A DNA stretch of 63,346 nt, the filler included, from Welwitschia mirabilis (Eukaryota), in NCBI GenBank assembly GCA_051453625.1. It is 7 parts of one record of this genome, joined end to end, with 100 filler letters (N's around TTAATTAATTAA, not from the genome) between each part and the next. Parts side by side here need not be neighbours in the genome. Positions count along the whole stretch, not along the records: positions 21,495 to 40,988 come from JBOZIK010000001.1; positions 41,089 to 52,380 come from JBOZIK010000001.1; 5 more parts are not named here. One strand, 5' to 3'. The notes under the pieces are model-generated. The model had not been told where the DNA came from. It ran no database searches and was given only the letters and a program-made list of their open reading frames with translations. Position 1 is the stretch's first letter. Each line of letters opens with the position of its first letter. Of the stretch, positions 27,301 to 41,089 are shown piece after piece. A program made the translations under genes and the position numbers.

Positions 27301-28732
27301 CTTTTGATCATATCATTCTTTGATTGAAAACATTATTAAATAGGTGATTGTATGATTTCTATCAAGGGTATTTATTAGGTTAACATTTAGGGTAGGTAAG
27401 AAATATTTTTCATTTTCCTCGTTGTTCTTTTCCCCCCCCTTAGTTATTGTACATGGTATTTAAAGTCATTTCCATACTTTTTTTAGCACAATATTTAGGA
27501 CTTAATCTTTTAGTAGTTTTCTTGTTATCTTTTTGTTTACACTCATGGTTTTTATCCATAGAGGTTGTCATTATTTATTAATTTTGCTAGATGATTTTCC
27601 TTCACAATAATACTTTTTTCATTTCCTTTTGAGTTTTTATACATCCACTAAATGCTTTTTAAATTCAAGTATATTTGAGGATTTTTCTTTTACATTACTT
27701 CTTTTTATGTGATGCATTATCATGGCCTGATACTTTTCTCTTATCTTGAGTTATTTCCACTTTTAACTTCTTTACGATGATCATTTTGATAATGATTTTT
27801 AACTTTTAATCATATTTTGGACTTCATGATGACTTTTTTATTATTGCTATCATTGATTATCTGACCCTATTTAGACTTCACTATTTTACTAAATTCTTCT
27901 TTTTTTATCATCATCCCATGTTTATCATACTAATGATGATGTGATGATAATAGCTCCTTCTTACATTATTGTAATATGGAAGATATGGACTTTCTGTGAG
28001 GGGGTAAAACATATTTTTGAGATATTTGAGTAAAAAGTTTAATTATGAGGGTTATTTTGAGCTTTTATGATACATATATATCATGCAATGATCTAGCTAT
28101 GATTTCATATTATTTATGTAATATGCATTATGTATGTTAATTAACAGGCCACAACAAAACAGTTGCATGACCTTCTGGTAGGTATAATCTAAGAGATTCA
28201 GGAGTCCATAGATAAGGGAAGTAATGTTAGGATTATTTTTGATGTATTTATCTCTTATAGATTTAACCTTAAACTTACTGATTAGTTTATATACATCATT
28301 TTGAGTTATCACTGTCTTGATTATACATACACATCATCACTTTCTCAGTTAACATGTTTATATATTATGATATTTTTTGTGTATGAAATATAATTTTTTA
28401 TTATATGATATACCAAACATTTCAAGTGGAAAGCTAATGAATATTTTAGTACCCATATTTTTTTTATGATCATGTTCACAGGAACTTTACTTTTAGTCTA
28501 ATTTTTTTAAGCCTATCATCCCCACAATCATATGGACAACAGTGAGAATGATAACACTCTTGCACATCTTGCAGAGGTGATACATTAGTTTACCTATTTT
28601 TGATATTTTATCTTACTTAATTTATACTCAATTTATGTTTTCCTAGTTAGTGTTTAGCTTGGTTAATATGACTCATAATTTTTAGTTAATCACTTACTTT
28701 GTCAAAGATTGATAAGGCAAAGTGAAGGACTA

Positions 28733-29984
28733 TATTGTAATGCTAAATTGTATATATTTGATGGGGTATTTTAAGTACTTTTACAAGACATTTAAATAGG
28801 TTTAGATGAAATTTTAATGATTATGAAGAGTTAATAGGATGATCATGAAAACATGCAATTCTTGATATGTTTAGAGGTATTTTAGATAAATTGTGATACT
28901 TAGCATTTTAAGGAGAAAACCAATGATCTAAGAGGTTAATTTATCTTAGTTAGAGAGTATGTGAGCCTATCATCTCCTTCATCATCTAGATGACAATTAG
29001 GATGATAGTGATGCTAACATGGACTAAAGTTATGGGGATGACTATGGGGTTGAGAGATAATAAATCATATCTAATTATAGGGTATCATCTCCTATGTCAT
29101 CCAAACGACACTTAGGATAACAACTATTTTACATTAACAAAAAAACTTATCTTTGTAATGGAGTCATGCATCCCATGTGTGCTACTAGAATTCCATCTCT
29201 GACTTTTAGGGTTTTGTTTCTAAAACCTTTAGTATAAAACTATAAAGAATTTCTTGCCCTCATTTTAAAATTTATCTTTTTGTATCAGAAAGTCTTGTGA
29301 CAAGATATTTAAGGATAAGAGGTCCATCCTATAATATAGAGAGAAGTCTTTCTCAGTCTTAAGCTATGAATCCTCCATTAAGGTGCCACTACTTTGTAAG
29401 TGGATGTTGAATTTAGATTACTAAAAGATTTATTTTCTTCTGTTATGTACATCTGCCTTATGGTTTATGTTGGTTATAATTCAGTGATAGTTTCATAGTT
29501 GATCTAGATCACAAGGGCAACCTTTGTTAAGGTTGACATTATTAGTTCAGTACTTAAATTCCATTCTATATTACATTTACATCACTTGGTAGTTACATTT
29601 ATCTATATTTTATTTGATGTATTATATTACTTATATTGGTTAGGGTTAAGTGGCAGTTTCCTTAATTGATCTAAGTTATAAGAGCTAATATTAATGACAG
29701 AGAGATAGGTAGTCAAATAGATTCATTACTTAAGTTATTTAATTTGCATTCCATCCATAAGCATTACGTTTGCATTCATCTTACATTTTATTTTTGAATT
29801 GTTTCTTACTTTCATTTACATAAAGGAAAAATACTAAAAACACTTTATCAAAATTAATTCTCTAACTTCTAGCCTAATGCCTTTAACGGACTCTCGTTTA
29901 TACTAGCATGTGTTTTGTGTAAGCATTTATGCTTTACAGGATCTAATTCAGAACTTAAGAATTGCATAAATTCACATCGTAACA
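28733..29984 (+). repeat. 3' LTR (~1.25 kb) of the non-autonomous Athila-type element
   Basis: Colinear with 15183-15821 plus 23572-24163. Family termini are TGTTG...CAACA, as seen at 51498 and 54554. Confidence 0.9.
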
Positions 29985-29989
29985 TTTAT

Positions 29990-31700
29990 CAATTCTATTA
30001 TTATCTCTAACACATGAAATCATTAGAAAACTAGGTTTTCTAAACTTTAATGGAAGTTTGTTTTGAATTATGGCATTACTTTTTTAACTGAAAAAGCATT
30101 TTTCTTTACATTTATTTTTCTCTTACTATGCATACATCTTTATGAAATTTTATATATAAACTTACCTATTTAATAGATTCTAATAAAAAATTAATATTTA
30201 CATTATTAAATATTTTCAAGTATTTTTCTTTAAGTTTTCTATTTTCTAAAAGCATGAGATGCCAATGAAACATGGAATTTTTAAGTTCTCTATATCTAGA
30301 AATCTTCATGTTATTTTTTTCTCATCTTTTATGGGCTCAAGAATTAACTAAGCTTTAGGATTATTTGTAGAGAGGTATTCTTTTAAGTGGTTGAACATTT
30401 TCATTTATCTAAGTATTACTTCTTAATGAGATAGCATAGATTCCTCTAACTTTCTCTTATTATTTATCCATCTTAATACAATTTAAATTGGGAATAAGTT
30501 AAGCGAAAAGCTTATTTTTCTTTAAATGGTTAATTGAATATAAAATATAGTGTGCAGTCTAAGATAGTTAATTCATTTCTTGTTCTAGACATTAAAGAGA
30601 TTAAGCTATTTAATTTTTTATTTTATTTTTCTACTACTATTTTTTATTTGAGTTTGTATGAACCATTTTATCATGTTTTCTAATAGTTTACTTTGAGGTT
30701 GACTAGGTAATTATGAAGTAAAGGCCTCATTTTGTTGAGATTTCTATGGAAATTAAATATGATTTTTCTATATAGAGTTATAGAAATCTAATATGGAAAT
30801 GATGACTCTTGTTACTATTATTTCAAAAAGCATTTTCTAGGTTTCATACTATTACATGATTTAAGGTGATCTAATAATTTGTCTATAGTATCTAATTTTC
30901 TATTATGTATATTTCCTCATTTACTTTATAAATTCACCATCTTATCACTTTAAATTAATATGCTTAATTACCTAAATATTTGGCTTTAGATGATTTATTT
31001 CACTTTTTAGAACTTCTAGCTTTGTTTTTTAAAGTGTTCTAGGTGTTATCTAGTTGTTTAAACATTTAGTCTCCTATATTATGAAGTTAACCATTTGTAA
31101 AAACAAAATTTGATAAGCTCTAAGATTCAAATCATGTTGGGAACATCTCCTTAGTAGATATTGGAAGCATTCAAATGTCTTATAAAAAAGGTTTACTATG
31201 TTATTATTAGAAGTCCATAATTTTTTATTTTAACCAATTTATTTTTTTCTACAAAGTCTTGTTTCAATAATTCTTAGTTAAAATTACTCTGTGACCAAAT
31301 CAAATAAGTTTTTAAGTTGTATATCTAATATTTAGCTTTTTATTTCAAGGCAAAAAGTAAATATCTTCATTTTATTTGCATCATTTTGATCTTTTATTAT
31401 TAACATAATAGTTTTAAATTATTTTAAATGATTATAAGAATTTATAAATTCTATACCATGAAATTTGAATAACACATTGATAATGGAAAATATATTCTAA
31501 TTTAATTCATATATGAAGGTAAGATTATATAGAAAAATTTAGTCAAATACTTATGTTGCCATAAAGCTTTATCATTTTCCTAGGTGATCATTAATGATAA
31601 ATATCCAATTATTTTAGATATGATTAATTTAATTAGAAAAAACTATAATAAATTTTTGCTTAAAGTTGTATTAGTCTAAAATAAAGGTCTAGAAAAGCCT
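29990..31700 (-). pseudogene. Upstream (gag and pre-protease) part of the same Athila-type element
   Basis: Translation ...AIIQNKLPLKFRKPSFLMISCV at 30010-30080 (cf. AIIQ.KLP.KfKDPG.PtIsC) leads straight into the protease that resumes at 15182. Gag ECFQYLLRRCSQHD (cf. ERFk.LLRrCPhHG) at ~31130-31175. The upstream limit is approximate. Confidence 0.8.
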
Positions 31701-33908
31701 TTGTTAAAATCATTGTAATATTATGATATATATTCTTTTCTATCATGTGGATAACTCATTAAATTCCTAGTAATGATACTAAAATGTTTCTATGCCTTAA
31801 TTTTTCCTATAATTCATGATCTTGGAAAGATATGCCCTAGCTATTAAGGTATATGTAACAGGTTCAAATGAGTAAACTAAGGCATCCTATTTTAGTATAG
31901 TTAATCACAGTTATCATTTTCTCTAAGGGAATGTAAAGGAATTTTGTGGCTTTCAAAGGTCTAAGGAATGTTTTTAAAAGGGATTTAATAGAAAGGATTT
32001 GGAAAAGAGGTTAAGGGTTTAAGATATTATAAATTTTCCTCCTGGGACTTAAGAATAAATGTTCATAGGATAATCTACCAAGAGAACCCAAGATAAATCA
32101 ACATTACATTAAGTATAAAATATCTTCATAGACAAATAATACATTATTTCCTATAGATACTAAATATCATGAAAGTAATTAGTTTACAAATATTACTTAT
32201 TATAATAGAATTTAGGATATACTAGAGTAGAATAAAAGATGTCATAAACACTAATATGTCACTTTTTAAATGCTAACAAAATAGTAAAAAATAAATCTAA
32301 ATGATAAATATAAAAGAATATTCAAAATACACTTTTTATAATTAGTAATCATAATTACATTAATAATGAAATAAAAGATAAATCTAATCACAGATTAAAG
32401 TGTCATTCATTAATGATGTAAGAACTACAGCAAATTTCAATCTAGTAGATAGAAAATGATTAGGTTAGTAAGGAAGATGCCTTACAAATCAATAATTTCT
32501 TCATACTCATGAAAAGAGAAAAGGGGATTAGAATCTCATGGTTAGAAAAGCCCTCATCATAGCCATAAGAAATTTAGATATAGAATTATGAAATATTAAC
32601 AAGAAAATAGAGTGATCCAAGAATAGATATAACATGGATTAAAATATTAAGAATAATAACGATCAATATTTGAGATAGTTTTACTTTTATATCCTTTAAC
32701 ATAATTATGAATTACACTAATACATACATTATACATTCCTATTAATAAAATATGATCATTGATGAATTTCCTTAGGCCAAAGGACTTAAATGTATAATCC
32801 TTTTGTCTTTTTAAAATTCAATTTGTTACTTTATCTATCCAATAAGGTTAATTTGGTAATGTATTCACTACTTAGTATTTCATTTTTTTTCTTAGACTTA
32901 TTTCTATTAAGAAAGTTAGTAGAACTAGTGGTTTGAATGATGACACTAGTTTTTTGAGGATGTTTTACTCTATGAAAGTTGAGTAGCTCAAAGTAATCTA
33001 TAATTAAGATTTCATATATTGTTCCCTTTTATAACATTTTGGAAATTAGAAAGAAAAAATTGTTAATGATAGTTTAATAAAAAACAAGATATTTATAGCC
33101 TTAAGAAAAATTACATACTAAATTTTAGGGAGCAAAATATGTGAAATCTAGTATAGATAATTCTATACCTAAAGAACCTATATTATCTTAGAAACTATAA
33201 CCTCTACTTAGGCATCCTACTAAACTCTTCAAGTAATGATGAAATTCCATCATAATCTAAATATAAATCATATCTAACAATCTAAAATATGCATACTAAG
33301 TTAAATATAAAACATAGTTGTAATCACTTGTAATTTTTTAAAACACATTAATAAAACCAATATTATTTCAAATTTTAATAAGTGTAAACATTCTATAGGT
33401 TGATCCTTATTAATCTTAAAGAAATAGACCTAAAGTCATGAAGACAAAAGATAAAATTAAAGAAAACACTGAATCTATGATGGATACTTAAAGAATGTTT
33501 AACCTTAATATAAAGAAAAAAAGTAATATAAAAATAATCCTTATGTTATTAGATGTCAAAATTATATTCCCTATATGTAAAAGTGAACAGTTTAGTCTCA
33601 AACATTGTATTCTTTAGAAAATTAAAATCATAAGAAAAGATAAAAATGAAGTAATAGTAATTACTAGAATACCCACTAGATGAAGCACATATATATATTT
33701 TAGAAAACTTAATGCTATTACTAAAAATGATCATTTTATATTGTTATTTACTAATTAAATTTTAGAAAGAGCCTTCAGATATTAACATTATTTCTTCCTA
33801 GATGATTATTCTAAATACTGCCAAGTATATGTTAATCTTAAAAATAATAAAAAATAATTTTCATATGCCTTTTTAGTATTTACTTACAAAATAATTTCTT
33901 TTCAAATA

Positions 33909-36900
33909 TGTAATACCCTTACTATCTTTTAACAATGTAGGATGAATATTTTATAATATTTTATATAGAAGATTATGTACAAGTGTGGTTGGGCTTAAAT
34001 TCATGGGCTTATACTTCAACTTGATATATCTCTAATATAGGTGACAGGTAGTACATGAGGTGGATGAATGCTTACAGATGATCCTCACTTTCTTGAAACA
34101 TCTTCAAATGGCATAACATAATCCATTAATGCAAGATCTCAGGATATTAAGTCATAGTAAGTTCATGCATGGTTTAGGTAGGATAGTGATGATCAAATTC
34201 ACTTCCAAAAGGGTAATATGAGGGGAAAAAATCAATGTAATGCACCTTAATGATAAAATCTAATTATGGTGATGATCGTTACTAAGATTATCTTTATTTA
34301 GTCCCATTTAATAAATACATCATACAAATACATGTATACAATTCTAAATAACATGGATATTTAATGAATTATTTACTTGTTATAATAATTTTAATCATCA
34401 TTGGGTTTATTTTATAGAAATAATCATATAAAAGAGAAAATAAGCATGCTAAAACATCTTTATGTTCAAGATTATAGTAATTAAAATCTAAATAAAGGGA
34501 ATATTCTTTTCTTTTCTTTATTAATAATAATAAAAATATTTAAAATGTATTAAATCACATCTTAATAATGTACTTAAAGAAACTAATCCATACCTAGAGC
34601 TATGCTAATCCCAGAAGCATTCTTACATGCTCATATGACAATCTCCATGGTTATGTGCAATGAAGATTAAAAAAAGAAAAAGTATAGCTCAAGAATTGTT
34701 ATTAAGACATAATTTTTTATCTAAGACTCATATGGCTATATCATAAATCATGAAAATAGTTGATAAATTAAGGATTATTCATGTCACTTAAACTACTAAG
34801 ATGCAAACCCTTATAAGCATGAATATTCAAAGTCAGATAAAAGAAAAAGGTAAAAGAGGTATTTATCCTAACAAAATATTATTCCTAAGGTAATTTAACT
34901 TAAGGTTACTAATAATAACTTATCTTACATACTCAAATTATCTATCTAATTCTATTTAATAATTTTTTTATTATTTAAGACATTAATTATAAATATTTTA
35001 GATTATAAGAAGAAATAATAAATTAAAAAAAAATTAAAGTAGCTTTGTATAAAATAGACTCATAATAGAATCCTTAGAAATTAACTTAAGCTATTTTGAA
35101 ATTCTAAAGATATTGTTTCTAAGGTTATGACTTAAGGTTAAAAATTGTTAAATTTTCTAAAACTACAATCCTCCCATGCCATACTAAAATAATCATAACT
35201 TTCAAAATGCTTTGATTTTTTAATTGTTTAGATGTTATAGGAAGATTATTTAATTCTCTACAATGTAATATGCTTAAGGTTTTACATATCTTAATAGTTA
35301 GTTACAGAAACATAAATTAGTTTCTTACTATTTTTTGCATTTGTTTCCTAACCTATTTTCATAAATAATTTTCTCAAAAATTATCACACATTAGAAAAAT
35401 TATTGTTTTTAAATTTTACAATCATAACATAATCCTAGATTCATGACAAAAACTTCACTAATTTATACATATTATTTAATAATCTACGATGTTCTTAACA
35501 TATTCCTCTATTCTAAAAATTTAACATTTGCTATAAAAATATAGTAAATACTTTACAACTAGTTATGTAATAATTTAAATCCATAAAATAATGAATATAC
35601 TAGCTAAAATAATTATTCATATTACATCTTGACTAAATATTACTAATGCAAATCAATGTAAAAAGAAATGTCAATGCACAGAGCATTTACAATAAGTGTT
35701 AGGATTATCATGAAGGAGTGATAGCTAAAAAATAGAGAACCAAACTTTTACCCCTGATAAGATTGATCTAATGAGGAAAAATATAATATTATGTACAATA
35801 ATATATAATAAACATGAATATCCAATTTTTTTAAATTGTATTTATAGTGAACGCCTTGGTGATTTAGCCATAATCATCCATTAGTAACCTCAGTTATCAA
35901 GCATATGAGACCCCTCATATATCTCCACATTTTGGTAAGAACCAATGGGAGAAGATAATTTTTTATAACATAATTTCATGAAAATCACAAATAACGGCCT
36001 AATGCAATATTACACCATTCCACTAAAATCTTAAAAGCTATTACATAAACAATATGAACAAAAGGCTTACTTGGAAAGATTAGTGTATTCTTAATGATTG
36101 AAGATGAAAGTCCAAGCTCAAAAATCCTTATCTCTAAGCTACACAAGTAATAGAATGAAAAGAAACAAAGAGGAAAGAAAGAAATGCACTTGCATGAAAA
36201 ATGGAAATCATTTACTTTTTTTGAAAGAGAGAAAAATATCTATATATAAATAAACAAAAAAGGCACATATTTCAAGATTATAGGATCACATGATTTATTA
36301 TTAATAACTAGGACAAATGATAAGTAACATTTAAGTACAAAAAGAAACATCATATTTGTGACTTATGCACTTAACTAGGGTGAGTAATCTTCTTACTTTA
36401 AATAGCAAGGTTAATTACATGCATTTTTTTCCTTTTTCTAGTTCCTTTTTAATTCTTCACAAGATCATAAGTATGTCTCNNNNNNNNNNNNNNNNNNNNN
36501 NNNNNNNNNNNNNNNNNNNNNNNNNNNNNNNNNNNNNNNNNNNNNNNNNNNNNNNNNNNNNNNNNNNNNNNNNNNNNNNTCTTAGTTTAGTCTTGTCTGA
36601 TGAATATATTACACATACGCATGCATACAATTCTGACTAATCCAAATATTTAATGGATTATTTATCTAGTTATACTAATTTTAATCATCATTAAGTTTAT
36701 TTTATATAAATAATCATAAAAGAGAAAACAAGCATACTAGAACTTTTTATTTCAAGGTTATAGTAATTAAAATCTAAATAAAGAAAATATTCTTTTCTTT
36801 TATTCTTTTAATAATAATAACAAAATTTAAAATATATCAAATCACATCTTAATAATGTACTTAAAGAAACTAATGCATACCTAGAGTTGTGGCAATGCTA

Positions 36901-39240
36901 GAAGTATTCTTCCATGTTCATATTATAATCTCCATTGTGTAAGAAAGATAAACAAAAGAATTATAGTTTAAGAATGGTCATTAAGAAATAACACTCTATC
37001 CAAGACATCATACAGATATATTATAGGTTGAAAAAATAAGTGTTAAACTAAAGAGTATTTATGTTACTTAAACTACTAAGATGAAAACACTTACAAGCAT
37101 ACACATGCAAATTAACATTAAGGAAACAGATAAAATAGGTAATCATAAAATAAAATATTATTTCTAAGTAATTAACTTAAGGCTACTAATAGATACATAT
37201 CTTATATTCTCAAATTTCCTATTAAATTTTATGTAGTAAATTTTCTATTATTTAAAACATTGATTATAACATTTTTAAGCTCTAAGGAGACATCATACTA
37301 AAAATTAATAATTAACTAATTATGAAGTAAAAACTAAATTATAGTAGTTTTTCATAAAATAGAGTCATATAAGATTCTTAGAATCTAAGTTAAACTATCT
37401 TAGAATTCTAAAAATATTATTTCTAAGGGCATCCTTTATGGTTAAAAACTATCAAATTTTCTAAAATTATATCCTATCACACCACACTAAAATGCCTATA
37501 ACTTCCAAAATACGTTGAATGTTTAAATGATTCAAGATGTTTTGAAAAGCTTATTTACTTTCCTACAACTTAGGATGCTCAAATTTGTAGATAATTTAAA
37601 TTACCAAGTAATTAAGGCTTAGCATGGAGGCATACTCTTATCCATAACATTAGTGTTAGTAAGTTATTTAGTCCTCCTAATACTTCATAGCCCTTCATAA
37701 GCATGAAAAGTATGAATCAAAGTTCATAAAATCCATCAAATAACCGTAACTATGAAGTTATAAAAGTAACTTTAAATAATTCACTCAGTATAAAATAACT
37801 TAATAATTAAATAAACTATACTTAAATATTGCTAATACCTATTTATATACATTAATAATGAAAGAATAAAATCTATTTAACAACTAGTTCACCTAAAAAT
37901 TACTAATACCATATGCATGATCATTAATAATGAAAGAAAGAAAATTGATTCTTATATTAAAACTAAAATAGATACATTATATTAAATGAAGATAAAGGTA
38001 AAGATGAGAGATTTCTTAACTAGTCTTGGATATTATACCCATAAGAATAATGATTAGAACATTATAACATCCTAGCATGTCAAGTCTTTCCCATGTTAAG
38101 CCAACTAAAAATATTCATCACCATGGGGGCTCAAGGACCTTTTATAGATGAGGGGAGTCTTGGAGAGAATTTTTATGATTACATTAGGTGAGTGGTTGAT
38201 TGGTGATTACATAAGAAGTATTATTTAAGAGTAGCTACTTAAGAAGAACATTACAATATTTGGCATGTAGCCATAAAGGAATATTCTTTATCTTCTTATG
38301 CAAACATGGAATGACATGTCCTCTAATTGTTGATGATGGTGTAAATAAATATCATGTTATATTTCTTTCAACTGATCATCCTTATTACTGCTACATCTCA
38401 ATGTGATGTATCATCTTGTTATTCTACCATATGTTATCAGGTTTAAAGATTTATTTTGTATTACTTCTAAGTTAGCCCATAGGTTAAATGTGATGAATTC
38501 CCCAAATTAATGTAAGAACATGTGTTTTATCATATTATGACTCAGAAGGCTAGTGACACTGGTAGTCTTGGCTGGTGGTGCTAGTGTTATTTACTAGAAT
38601 TTCTTAACATTTTATAGTATTCTTCAAAATATAGTAATAAACTTGATAATATTAAAGGAAGTCCATAATTTCATGAAAACATCATAAAAAGGGTGAAAGA
38701 CATTATTTTATGATAAATCAATGTATTAAATATCTTTTCTTATGCTAAATTAAATATATCCCCAACTAGACTCTTGCTAAACTCTTAGCAAAATGTTAAT
38801 AAAGAAATGGTGAACATGAAAAAATTATTTAAAAAATGGCCAAGTATGAAAATAAAATTATTTTCAAAACTTTTAAAAAATTTTTAATAAATAAGATATC
38901 AAAGTTTTGATAATAAATTTAAACAAGTAGATGCAATATTCCTGACCAAAATTAAACTTTATTCTAAAAGTTACAAAGAGATAGAAACTTTATACAAGAA
39001 TTTTGAGAATAAGTTAAAGTATTAAAAATATTTTACATTACAAGGATTTTTCATTTAAGGCTAGTAAATGGTTTTCAATACAAGTATTTAGGAAAAACAC
39101 ACTATGATCTAAGGGAGGGAAAAAACATGAAACCTAAGGAAAATCCATCATTTCCAAATTCAAAAGATAGATTACCTAAGTTAATGGCCATATTTATTAA
39201 AAATTTTATTAATTTTATTTTAAATTTAAAGTGTGTCACA
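33909..39240. mobile_element. Long AT-rich LTR-like region (Tekay/Del-like) with an internal ~1-kb duplication
   Basis: Starts TGTAATACCC (33909). Block ~34320-35290 is repeated, diverged, at ~36615-37590. Possible far terminus GTGTGTCACA at 39240 is uncertain. Confidence 0.5.
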
Positions 39241-41089
39241 ATACCATAAAAATAAATATTCTTTAAGTAAACCTATAAGAAATCAAACATCAGTAGCTAA
39301 ATCTTTAAGTACACAAGTTAAGGAAAGTGAACACAAAATAATCTCCCAATTTCAGCTTTTTTATTTCAACTTATCTTTTTTATAATCATGTTTTATTTCT
39401 TGTTTTAAGCATTTAGATCAAATTGAACATTCAATTTTATAACATCTTATTCCAATACAGTTAAACTTTTTAATATATGAAGGAGTGAGTATTGCATTAT
39501 CAGCAAGTGTTTATAACCCTAATTCAATTGAACATGTCATGAAATAAATCATTAGAGTTGCATTATCAGTGGGTGTCTATAGCTCTAATGTAGTTAACTA
39601 AATCCAATTTTTAGTTAATCGTTATGTAATGTGTTTTTTGAAAATGATATTTTTCATTTTCTTTTAGTTACTCCTTCTCATATTCAATTAATTTTCATGC
39701 ACATGAAGGGATCATTAGATCATTAGCCTAACTAAGATAAATCTTATCATCATAAAATTAAAAATAATTAATACAACATGAAAGTAAACTCCACCTTAAT
39801 TCGGCCATATATTCCAATTGGAAGACCTTAAGTAAAACTAACCTTAATAAGTTAACTTGAAAAGAAAAAAACCTTTTTCTTAAAAAACTATGAGTAAACT
39901 TAAATTATACCTAATTTTCAATGATAATGTGATCACTTATTAGTTTATTTTATTAAGGGCCATCAACTAGGATCATCTAATCTAAGAAACTTGTAAATGG
40001 ATGGAATGAAAGGGTGCTTAATGAAGTTTCTTAGGTGATGAAAAAGGAAAAGTTATGGGTAAACAGGGTTGAGATAATGGTGATTTATTCTATGTAATGG
40101 ATGGTATTTGGGGTTTTCTAGATGAAAGGATTTAAGGCAATGATTGTATAGATGATAGTGCTTGAATGGTTTATGATAAGAAAGGGCATCAAGCAAAATT
40201 TTTTTTTAGCATTTTCATTTTTTTAATTCTAAATCTATCCTAAAAAGAAAATCTATTCTAAAAGAAAAATCTAATTTAAAAGTACACAAAGAAACTAAAA
40301 GTTTTGCAAGAATTTTTCAAGTTACTACATGCATTTAAGATAATGAATGCCAAGTTTGGATGATGTGTCAAATTTATATAAAACATTTAGAGATGGAAGA
40401 GAATATTTATAGAGATTTATGATGAATGCATAAAATTTTAAAGAACATCAATGCTAGTAGTAAAATTATTATGTTCAAAATAAAAAATCTTTTATCTCTT
40501 ATTCTAGTTGTGTTTACTCAATTAATCATGTAAGACATTATTTAGAGATGAAGATAAGAATGGATTGGAAACCATTGGAAAAGATGAATGATCATCAAGA
40601 AAAGTATTAAAAGATGGATTCAAAGATATAAAGGGTTTATCCTCATCATTAAGGATTAAGTCTTACTTAGAAGACAAAGATGAAAATGATATAATTGGCT
40701 TAATAGGTTGTTGATAAAAATACAATAATTCTTCAAAGAATGAATCATGAATAGGATCTTGACTAATTTTCTCCTTTTCAATACATTTGTTAGGGAATTA
40801 TTTCTCACATAGTTACTATGACACCTTCTTTAATTAAGTATTATTATTTTTTCTTTTTTTTAACTTTTTTTCTTCTTTAATATTTTTACCTAATAGACAC
40901 AATGAAAAATATGATCAAATTTTACTTATTCCTTTATTAGAATTTCTAGATTTTAAAAAAGAAAAATCATATTAATATTATATATTTANNNNNNNNNNNN
41001 NNNNNNNNNNNNNNNNNNNNNNNNNNNNNNNNTTAATTAATTAANNNNNNNNNNNNNNNNNNNNNNNNNNNNNNNNNNNNNNNNNNNNG

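Larger units (their letters stand above)
15183..29984 (+). mobile_element. Non-autonomous (LARD-like) LTR element of Athila type, structurally complete
   Basis: Perfect 5-bp TSD TTTAT (15178-15182 and 29985-29989). 5' LTR is 15183-15821 plus 23572-24163. Decayed tRNA-Asp PBS TTTTAACACCATTGCTAGAAAAGG at 24164-24187. PPT ~28719-28732. 3' LTR 28733-29984 ends CGTAACA. No pol motif recognised in the ~4.5-kb interior. Confidence 0.88.

Noticed and set aside
26913-27311. 132-aa minus ORF sharing DEGSATT...PLR with ORF 3301-3672 as a protein family
   Set aside because: Similarity is confined to the conserved nucleotide anchors of the hairpin module and is antisense to the elements. The rest of the peptides do not align.
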